Below are positions 54,750-62,407 of a DNA stretch of 64,000 bases, piece by piece (position 1 is the first letter of the stretch; every line of letters starts with the position of its first letter). This stretch comes from Acidobacteriota bacterium. Its GTDB lineage: Bacteria; Acidobacteriota; Blastocatellia; Pyrinomonadales; Pyrinomonadaceae. Below the pieces are notes generated by a model. It was not told where the DNA came from and searched no databases. It saw only the letters and a list, made by a program, of their open reading frames with translations. Made by a program: the position numbers and the translations under genes. The stretch is from contig JAIVJJ010000235.1 of NCBI GenBank assembly GCA_020200095.1, forward strand, positions 6,140-70,139. The letters run 5' to 3'.

Positions 54750-56471
54750 TTACTTTGTAATTCCCGCGCCGATTTCAAAAATGCCGGGAACGCCGACGGG
54801 AAGTTTGCCTGCGAACGGAACTTCGCCGAACATTGTTCGCGCCGCCGCCGTTTGCGCAACTTCTTCAATCGCATAAGTTACAACGTAAGTTTTGGCTTCG
54901 GGAAACTGCCGGATTAAATACGGACTGCCGAAAGCTATGACGGCGACCTGCTTATTCAAATCAAGCATTTCGCGGACAAATTTTGTTTGGTTTTCTGGCA
55001 GCGCAACCGTTCCTTTCAGCGCGGCACGCTTCACAAATGGTGCAATAACGACTGATTCAAATTTTTTCGCGTCATCTAAAACCTTCTCGTATTCGTCTTT
55101 TGTCGTTCGCGGGTCGAGCCGAACAATTTTTGCACGCGGCGCACGACGTTGAATTTCGGGAATCAACGCAATTCCTTCAACCGCATCATCGTCCGCCGCA
55201 ACCACGATAAATAAAGTTTTGGTGGCTTTTTCCGCATTAATCGGCAGCATTTCGTTTTGATTTCTGAGAAGCGTGATTGATCTTTCCGCCGTTATGTTTG
55301 CCTCACGGACGTTTTCCGGTTTTTCGACCATTAGATTGACTTTGGTTAAATCTACGAAACGATTTTCGGTTAAACCCAAACGATGTTTCGCGCTCAAAAG
55401 TCGGCGAACCGATTCGTCAATTCTGGCTTCGGTTAATTCGCCGGATTTAACCGCCGCTTCAATCGCGTCAATCGTCTTTTTCGCGTCTGCGGGAAGCAAA
55501 ACGATGTCCGCGCCTGCTTTGACCGCCATCACAACCGATTTTTCGTCCGAATAATTCTTTTTAATCGCGCCCATTTCCATCGCGTCGGTCGTGATAATTC
55601 CTTTAAAACCAAGTTCGTTACGTAGAATATCGTTTGAAATTTTCGGATTCAAAGTTGCCGGAACGTCGTCGCCCGCAACATTCGGAACGGCGAGATGCGC
55701 CGTCATTACCGAATCAACGCCGCCGTTTATCGCGGTTTTAAAAGGCACGAGTTCAACCGCTCCGAGCTGTGCTTTATTCGCGCTGATTTTCGCCAGACCG
55801 ATATGCGAATCGGTCGCCGTATCGCCGTGTCCAGGGAAATGTTTGAGCGTCGCCAGCGCGTTGCCGTCGCGCACGCCTTTTGCCAGAGCGTTGGCAAATT
55901 CGCCGACTTTCGCTGGATTTGCGCCGAAACTTCTGATGTTTATTACCGGATTGTCGGGATTGTTGTTGATGTCAGCGACGGGCGCGAACAGCCAATTAAC
56001 GCCGATTGCCCGCATCTCTTCGGCAATAATTTTGCCCTGACGGTATGCAGCTTGCGTGTCGCCCGTCGCGCCGACGCCCATATTCGTCGTGAAAGGCGTT
56101 CCGGTTCTTAATTGCATCCGCAGACCGCGCTCGTAATCGGCGGCAAACAGCAAAGGCAGCTTCGATATTCGCTGCATTTCGTTGGTCAAAGCAGCAATCG
56201 AATTCGCTTCGCCGCGAAAAACGATAAAGCCGCCGAGTTTATTTTCTTCGACTTGACGGCGCGATTCGGCAAATTTCTCGCTGTTCAAATTGGCAAACTC
56301 GCCGCTCATTCGCACCATCACCATTTGCCCGATTTTCTCGCGCAAAGTTAAATTTTTCAGAGTTTGCGCAACCCATTTTTCAGCTTTTCTGTCGGGCTTT
56401 TGAGTTTGCGAGAAAGCAAACTGTTGACTGATTAAACCAAATAGAACGAATAGAACGAATAACTTTCTCAT
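54750..56471 (-). CDS. glycoside hydrolase family 3 (beta-N-acetylhexosaminidase/NagZ-like with C-terminal domain)
   Basis: Signal peptide. KHFPGHGDTATDSH, ITTDAMEMGA. 573 aa. Confidence 0.9.
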   Translation of the reverse strand: MRKLFVLFVLFGLISQQFAFSQTQKPDRKAEKWVAQTLKNLTLREKIGQMVMVRMSGEFANLNSEKFAESRRQVEENKLGGFIVFRGEANSIAALTNEMQRISKLPLLFAADYERGLRMQLRTGTPFTTNMGVGATGDTQAAYRQGKIIAEEMRAIGVNWLFAPVADINNNPDNPVINIRSFGANPAKVGEFANALAKGVRDGNALATLKHFPGHGDTATDSHIGLAKISANKAQLGAVELVPFKTAINGGVDSVMTAHLAVPNVAGDDVPATLNPKISNDILRNELGFKGIITTDAMEMGAIKKNYSDEKSVVMAVKAGADIVLLPADAKKTIDAIEAAVKSGELTEARIDESVRRLLSAKHRLGLTENRFVDLTKVNLMVEKPENVREANITAERSITLLRNQNEMLPINAEKATKTLFIVVAADDDAVEGIALIPEIQRRAPRAKIVRLDPRTTKDEYEKVLDDAKKFESVVIAPFVKRAALKGTVALPENQTKFVREMLDLNKQVAVIAFGSPYLIRQFPEAKTYVVTYAIEEVAQTAAARTMFGEVPFAGKLPVGVPGIFEIGAGITK

Positions 56472-56537
56472 AACTTCATTTCTAGTAAATCTGCGTTTTG
56501 CTTTTCTTCAAAAAAAAGTAATAGCCATAATACTTTC

Positions 56538-58397
56538 TCAATTGAAAATTTCCGTCGTATCCTTCGCATCCTTTTCTTTGCGCTTAATTGCGCCGACTTG
56601 CAAACCGTCGCCAATTTTGAAAAATCCGGGCAAACTCACCGGAGAGCGTCCCGTGATTGCCGTTTCGCCGAAGATTGCGCGAGCGGCGGCATTTTGCGCT
56701 ACGTCTTCAACCGCCCACGCCGCCATATAAACTTTGGCTTTCGGAAACTGCTGAAGCTGATACGGGCTGCCGAAAGCGACGACCGCAACCGGTTTTTTCA
56801 AATCAACGATGCGCTGCATAAATTCGGCTTCCTCGTTGGGTAAAGCGATTGTGCCTTTGAGCGCGGCACGTTTGACGAATGGAGCGACAACAATTGTTTC
56901 GGCTTTTTTGGCTTCGTCAAAAAGCAGGTTGTATTCCTTCTCGGTCGTGCGTCGGTCAACTCTGCGAACGCTGGCATTTTTCACGCGCGTTTCAATTGCC
57001 GTTTTGAACACATTGCCCTGGTCGGGGTCTTCGTCTCCGGCAACAATAATGAATAACGTATTTTGCGCTTGATTGGCGTTGAGCGGCAAAACATTTTTTT
57101 CATTTCGGAAGAGCGTCATCGAGCGTTCGGCAAGTTCATTGGCAAAGCGCACATTTTCCGGTTTTTCAACGATTCGATTAACAGCGTTTAAATCAACCGT
57201 TCGTGCTTTAGGATTTGCCAAACCGACGCGATATTTGGCGCGAAGCAAGCGGCGCACCGAAGCGTCAATTTGTTCTCTAGGAATTTCGCCGCGCACGACC
57301 GCCGCTTGGGTTGCGTCAATCGTGCCTTTTGGGTCGGGCGGAAGCAGCGCAACATCCGCGCCGGCTTTTATCGCTCGCACTGCGCCTTCCGTTCCTTTAT
57401 AATTTTTAATAATTGCGCCCATTCCCAGAGAATCAGTGGTGATAATTCCGTCGAATTTTAATTCTTTGCGAATCAAATCGTTGTTAATCTGCGGCGAAAG
57501 CGACGCCGGAACATTGTCGCCGGTAATTTCGGGCAGAGCGATGTGCGCCGTCATCAGCGAATCAAGTCCGGCGGCAATTGCGGCGCGAAACGGCGCGAGT
57601 TCGACCGAGCTAAAATGCTCGCGCTTGACGTTGATAATCGGAAGAAAGATGTGCGAATCAATCGGCGTGTCGCCGTGACCGGGAAAATGCTTGGCGGTTG
57701 ATAAAACGCCGCCGTCCTTTAAGCCGCGCACTTCGGCAGCAACAAACTCGGCAGTTTTCTGTGCGTCTTCGCCATAGCTGCGAACATTAACCATCGTGTT
57801 TCCCGGATTGTTGGCAACGTCCGAAACCGGACCGTAAAGCCAATTTATTCCGAGCGCACGCATTTCTTCGGCGATAATTCGCCCTTTGCGATAAGCCGCT
57901 TGCGGGTCGCCCGCCGCCGCGATTCCCATATTGTGCGTAAAACTCGTTCCGCTTTTTATCTGCATCGGAAGCCCGCGCTCGAAATCCGCCGCCATCAAAA
58001 GCGGAACTTTTGCAACGCGCTGCATTTCGTTCGTCATTGCCGCGAGTTCGAGTGCGTCGCCGCGATAAAATACGAAACCGCCGACTTTGTTTGCCAAAAT
58101 CTGTTTTTTAATATCGGCGAATTTTTCGCTGTTGACGTTTTTGTATTCGCCGAGCGCTCCGACGACAATCATTTGCCCGATGCGCTCACGCAGAGTCAAA
58201 TTTTTAAGCGTTTGTTCAACCCAAACCGATTCGGGCGAAACGTCCTGACGCGCAGTTTTCACGTTGCTTTTTGGAGTTTTCACTTTTTGCGCCAGCGCGG
58301 GCAAATTGCCGAAACTCACTGCCATTAATGCAACGCAGGCTGTCGTTGCCAAACATCTTTGAGCCGATTTTACCAGTGCTTTGTGCTTATTTTTCAT
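56538..58397 (-). CDS. glycoside hydrolase family 3, paralogue of 54750..56471
   Basis: KHFPGHGDTPIDSH, ITTDSLGMGA. The ATG at 58397 overlaps the upstream stop (ATGA). The track start 58454 is judged an over-extension. Confidence 0.9.
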   Translation of the reverse strand: MKNKHKALVKSAQRCLATTACVALMAVSFGNLPALAQKVKTPKSNVKTARQDVSPESVWVEQTLKNLTLRERIGQMIVVGALGEYKNVNSEKFADIKKQILANKVGGFVFYRGDALELAAMTNEMQRVAKVPLLMAADFERGLPMQIKSGTSFTHNMGIAAAGDPQAAYRKGRIIAEEMRALGINWLYGPVSDVANNPGNTMVNVRSYGEDAQKTAEFVAAEVRGLKDGGVLSTAKHFPGHGDTPIDSHIFLPIINVKREHFSSVELAPFRAAIAAGLDSLMTAHIALPEITGDNVPASLSPQINNDLIRKELKFDGIITTDSLGMGAIIKNYKGTEGAVRAIKAGADVALLPPDPKGTIDATQAAVVRGEIPREQIDASVRRLLRAKYRVGLANPKARTVDLNAVNRIVEKPENVRFANELAERSMTLFRNEKNVLPLNANQAQNTLFIIVAGDEDPDQGNVFKTAIETRVKNASVRRVDRRTTEKEYNLLFDEAKKAETIVVAPFVKRAALKGTIALPNEEAEFMQRIVDLKKPVAVVAFGSPYQLQQFPKAKVYMAAWAVEDVAQNAAARAIFGETAITGRSPVSLPGFFKIGDGLQVGAIKRKEKDAKDTTEIFN

Positions 58398-59737
58398 TTC
58401 GCGCCTTTTAATTTTGTTTGCTTTGCGGTCAAAATTGTTTCGAGCAGCGACCACACGTTTCTTCGTTTGACGTGCGAGGCTTCAAAAATGCTCACGCCGC
58501 TTGTTTCCTCGGCAATTATTCGCGTTCCTCTTCCAAGTTTTTCGGTTGAAAGATTATCGTCGCCGTAATTGATAACGCCGTGAACGACGTTTGCGCCGCG
58601 CGTTACTTCTCGCGCCAACTTCGCTGCGCCCTCAACCGAACGCCACGAATTTGCGCCCGCTTTTGTTGCTTCCGCTTCGGTATTATTTGGATAATACAAG
58701 CCGACGTAAAGCACGTCAACGAGTTCGGCGTAACCAGTTTTATTGTAATCCGGCGTTGCCCATTTGTATGGAACTTTATATTTTTCGCTCGCCCAATTGA
58801 CGCCGACATCATTGTAAATCGGATACCACGAGCCGACATAAGATTCAAGCGAAACTTTCGGCTTCGTTTTCTTAACCATTTTATTTAAACGCACGAAAAA
58901 ACCTTTGATGACGCTCGCCCGCCATTCGAGCCATTGTTTATAAAATTTGCCTTCAACGATTTGTTTTTTACCGCTTGCGTCAAGTTTTATTTCGTAAACC
59001 TCTTCGGGAAATTTTAGATTTTTATTTTTAATATAATCTTGAAAACGCTCGCGCGAATAATCCGAAAAATCGCAATTGATTCCGTTCCAACGCGCCCGGT
59101 CCATCACCACGCCGTCAACATCGTAATTCGTCAAAACTTCTTTGATAATAGAGAGTTCGTAATCTTGAACTTGTGGTAGAGCGGCGTTGACCCAAAGCGG
59201 AATGCCTTGTTTGAATTCGCCAATCGGCGCGATTTTTATTTTTTTATCTTTCTCGTCAACGTCGTAAGCGACAGATTGCCAATCTTTGTGTTTGTCGAAA
59301 CCGACGCCGATTCCGGGAATCAGTTTATTGCCTTCGGTGAAAATATCGAACGCCGCGTGCAGGCGCAAATTTCTTTTGTGGCATTCTTCGATAAAGGTTT
59401 TGAGCGCGTCAAAATCGGTGTTGTATTTTACGCCTTTGTGTTCGACGAGGCGCGGTGCGATTTTGCTCGGATAAATGACATGACCGTTTAACTCTTTAGT
59501 GTAAAGAATTACGGTGTCGAATCCGGCTTGTTTGGCTTGATCGGCGAATTTGGCGATTGATTCGCGGCTCGCAATCACGTCAGCCGAAGCGGTTGAAGAA
59601 ACCCAAATCGTGTTGCGCGGCGCATCGGGGATTTTCTGCGCAAAAACAAAAAGACTTTCCACAAAAAGCAAGGTAACAAGAAAAAATTTAGTGTTAAAAA
59701 TAAGCTGCATAAAACTTTTCGCCGGAAGTAAAAGCAT
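58394..59737 (-). CDS. putative TIM-barrel glycoside hydrolase (GHL10/DUF4015-like), tentative
   Basis: Signal peptide. IWVSS...AGFDTVILYTKELNGHVIYPS...LHAAFDIF pattern reminiscent of glycosyl-hydrolase-like 10 proteins. Confidence 0.5.
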   Translation of the reverse strand: MLLLPAKSFMQLIFNTKFFLVTLLFVESLFVFAQKIPDAPRNTIWVSSTASADVIASRESIAKFADQAKQAGFDTVILYTKELNGHVIYPSKIAPRLVEHKGVKYNTDFDALKTFIEECHKRNLRLHAAFDIFTEGNKLIPGIGVGFDKHKDWQSVAYDVDEKDKKIKIAPIGEFKQGIPLWVNAALPQVQDYELSIIKEVLTNYDVDGVVMDRARWNGINCDFSDYSRERFQDYIKNKNLKFPEEVYEIKLDASGKKQIVEGKFYKQWLEWRASVIKGFFVRLNKMVKKTKPKVSLESYVGSWYPIYNDVGVNWASEKYKVPYKWATPDYNKTGYAELVDVLYVGLYYPNNTEAEATKAGANSWRSVEGAAKLAREVTRGANVVHGVINYGDDNLSTEKLGRGTRIIAEETSGVSIFEASHVKRRNVWSLLETILTAKQTKLKGAK

Positions 59738-59742
59738 GTCAG

Positions 59743-59823
59743 GTTAGCCACGAGATAATACGAAAGGACACGAAAATTTTATTTTCTGTATTTTTGTATT
59801 TTTCGTGATTGTTCGTTGCTAAC
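59743..59823. repeat. imperfect nested inverted repeat in intergenic spacer
   Basis: GTTAGC (59743) / GCTAAC (59818) and CACGAAAA (59769) / TTTTCGTG (59800) flank a T-rich loop. Fills the spacer upstream of the GHL10-like gene. Confidence 0.5.
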
Positions 59824-59825
59824 TG

Positions 59826-60986
59826 CTATTTTTTCGGCGTTCCGTAAATATCAATCTTTTCCGCGCCTTTCCCCGCGTCGGTTACACTGACAACGACATT
59901 TGATTCGTTGGCGCAGCGCATATCGGTAAAACGCGTTTTGTCCATCGGAATTTGTTTTGCATCCGCGCCCGCGCCGCGCAGCAGAGTTGTTTGCAGCCAT
60001 TCCGCGCCCGTAACTTCGGCTTTTGTCGGTTGGACGGGTTTGCCCTCGTTGCCGAATTGGTCAATCGCATTGACGCGCTTGAATTGTCGCGGCACATTCG
60101 GCACAAAAGATTTCGCGTCAAATTCGGTTTGAAAAACTCGCTTCGGTTGTGGCGTGGCATCGGCGATGACAAGCCGTAATTTTCCGGGTCCGGCGACGAT
60201 AACCGCCATCTGCACGACATCACCTGGATACCAGTAAAAATGTTTTTCGGCGGGCGCATTGTTCCATGTTTCGTTGCGCCAGAAAGGTCGCCACGCATTG
60301 CGCCGCTTGCTCTGATTTCCCGATTCATCTTTGGTAAAGCCCCACGTTAAACCCGCGTCAATTTCTTTGTCTCCGGCGCGTCCGCCCATATAAACTGAAA
60401 AATTATCGAGCAGCTGTTTGTCTTTTTCGCTCAGACGGTTCTCGTCAACTTTCGGCGTTCCGAGTTTGACGACGCCGACGATGCCTGTCCAAGTGTCAAA
60501 ACTCGAAACGGCTTTGCGATAATAAGCGCCGGCAAAACAGGGAATCGAAGCCGCTGGCGCGACTTCGCCGTTCGCGTTAGTGGCTACTGCTGGAGCATCG
60601 CCTAATTTTACTTCATCGCCGACTTTGAAGTTTGCCAAAATCCATTTTCGCGCTGTCCCGTGCGCGCTCAAAATATAACCTTTCTGGTCGGTTTTAATCA
60701 TGCCCGGGTCGGGTTTGTATTGCAAATAAACCGTTCCGGCGCGGTCTTGAATAACGGTAACTTTGTTATCCACTACAAGAACGTCAACGCCCGATTGATT
60801 TGTCGGATTTTTGCGATAGTATTCGAGCGTATAAAGAATGATTTCTTCGTTTTTGCGGAGTTTGTCTATACCGGAGATTTTGTAAGTTTGACCGTTCGGT
60901 GCGGTAACTTGCGTTTTATTCTGCGCCAATCCGAAAGCTGCAAAAGCAAAGATGAAAATTGCGATTAAGAAAAGATTTTTTAACAT
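59826..60986 (-). CDS. secreted hypothetical protein
   Basis: Signal peptide LFLIAIFIFAFAAFGLA. 386 aa. No family recognised by eye. Embedded in the glycan-utilisation array. Confidence 0.5.
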   Translation of the reverse strand: MLKNLFLIAIFIFAFAAFGLAQNKTQVTAPNGQTYKISGIDKLRKNEEIILYTLEYYRKNPTNQSGVDVLVVDNKVTVIQDRAGTVYLQYKPDPGMIKTDQKGYILSAHGTARKWILANFKVGDEVKLGDAPAVATNANGEVAPAASIPCFAGAYYRKAVSSFDTWTGIVGVVKLGTPKVDENRLSEKDKQLLDNFSVYMGGRAGDKEIDAGLTWGFTKDESGNQSKRRNAWRPFWRNETWNNAPAEKHFYWYPGDVVQMAVIVAGPGKLRLVIADATPQPKRVFQTEFDAKSFVPNVPRQFKRVNAIDQFGNEGKPVQPTKAEVTGAEWLQTTLLRGAGADAKQIPMDKTRFTDMRCANESNVVVSVTDAGKGAEKIDIYGTPKK

Positions 60987-61104
60987 ACAAATTGACCTCG
61001 CAAAAAATTGTTGTTGAACAATACCTAAAACCTAAAAGAAATGGAACGCGGATAAGCGAATTTAGCGGATTTTTACATTTCACTTTGCAAAATAATGAAT
61101 TAAA

Positions 61105-62337
61105 TTAATCTGCGAACATCCGTTTAATCCGCGGCATCCACGTTTTATTCGTAAAATTCGCAATCCAGACATTGTGCGTGTTCGTCGGGTCGCAGACGTT
61201 TTGCACTTGCACAACCGACATCACGGCGGCGAGCAGCGCGAGCGGCGGCAAAATTCCGAGCGTGAACATCAATGAATAAACGCCGATACCGACGCCAAAC
61301 AAATTCAGCGGTCCGCGATAAAGCGCGAGCGGCGACAGCAGACCGAAAAACAAAACGTAAGAAAGCGCGGAATCGAGCGGCAGAGCCGTAACCATCGGTT
61401 TTAGAGCGGCTTCGACGGCGGGCAGTTTGAGCGCGTTCAGAAGCATTCCGATTCCCATCATCAAAATCGCCGCCGGCGCTCCGTCTTCAATTCCGCGCAC
61501 GAGCGAAGCCGTCAAATTTTGAATCGCCCGCGTTGGCTGTGTCGTCAATAAACCGAAGACTGCGCCGCCTAAAAACGCTGGAACTTCCTTCCAGCCGAAA
61601 AAGAAATACAAAACGAGCGGCACAAACGGCGTTAAAAAAGAAATGAGAGGAACACGCTTTTCGGTAGCGATATTTTCCAGTAGTTCTTCTTTTGTTTTTA
61701 CGGCGAAAAGCGCGACTTCGCCCAATCTTTTCTGCGAAACAAGCGCGTAAATCACCACGATGATTGCCATTACGCCGAGCAAACCAAACGCGAAATAAAC
61801 GATTTCCGGCGGCAGCGGCGCTTCGGGCGCGATTTGCAGAAATTCGCGGTAAAGTTTTATCAGCGCGATGTTGAAAATAAATCCGGTGGCGAACGCAAGC
61901 AAAAACAACACAGCGACGAGTTTTCGCGGCAAACCCAAACTCATCATAATCGGCAAAACCAGCGAGCCGACCATAATTATCGCGCCTAAACCGGTCAGCG
62001 TCGTAAAAAGAACCGCCGTTGCAATCATCAATCCGAATGCGACGACGAGCGGATTTTCACCGCCGAATTCCGCCGCGCGTTTTATAATCGCTTCGGCAAT
62101 ACCGGTCGTCATCATCACGCGACCAAGCATTGCGCCCGCAAATACGGCGACATACGCCGGAGCTAAACGAACAACGCCCGCCGCAATGATGTCATTCAAA
62201 ATATTGTTAAAGGGAAGTCCGACAATCGCCGCCGCCAAAATCGCCATCAAAGGCACGGCAATCAACGCCGGAACGCGCCGCGTAAACATCAGCATGGCGA
62301 AAACGGCGAAGATGGCGAGAAGTAAAAAGCCGAGCAT
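61105..62337 (-). CDS. polytopic permease (GntP/CitMHS/ion-transporter superfamily-like)
   Basis: 410 aa and hydrophobic throughout (about 11-12 TM). N-terminal region resembles the GntP-type fold. Substrate unknown. Confidence 0.6.
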   Translation of the reverse strand: MLGFLLLAIFAVFAMLMFTRRVPALIAVPLMAILAAAIVGLPFNNILNDIIAAGVVRLAPAYVAVFAGAMLGRVMMTTGIAEAIIKRAAEFGGENPLVVAFGLMIATAVLFTTLTGLGAIIMVGSLVLPIMMSLGLPRKLVAVLFLLAFATGFIFNIALIKLYREFLQIAPEAPLPPEIVYFAFGLLGVMAIIVVIYALVSQKRLGEVALFAVKTKEELLENIATEKRVPLISFLTPFVPLVLYFFFGWKEVPAFLGGAVFGLLTTQPTRAIQNLTASLVRGIEDGAPAAILMMGIGMLLNALKLPAVEAALKPMVTALPLDSALSYVLFFGLLSPLALYRGPLNLFGVGIGVYSLMFTLGILPPLALLAAVMSVVQVQNVCDPTNTHNVWIANFTNKTWMPRIKRMFAD

Positions 62338-62340
62338 AAA

Positions 62341-62407
62341 AGATGTCAGATGTCAGATGTCAGATGTTAGTTTTGACGCTAAATCTAGCATCTGACATCT
62401 GACATCT
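62341..62407. repeat. 23-bp palindrome built from TGTCAGA heptamers
   Basis: (AGATGTC)x3-4 at 62341-62370 versus CTAGCATCTGACATCTGACATCT at 62385-62407. One G-T/A-C position, 14-nt loop. Occupies the whole receptor-permease spacer. Confidence 0.85.

Noticed and set aside
54746-54874. N-terminal extensions in the ORF track (54874, 58454, 8369, 46227, 4378, 2739).
   Set aside because: Internal ATGs give canonical N-termini or signal peptides and remove overlaps with upstream genes. The extensions have basic or odd composition or run into repeat arrays.
61868-62395. 175-aa plus-strand ORF antisense to the permease gene, running into the heptamer palindrome.
   Set aside because: It is an antisense shadow of a hydrophobic membrane protein gene and has no start context.
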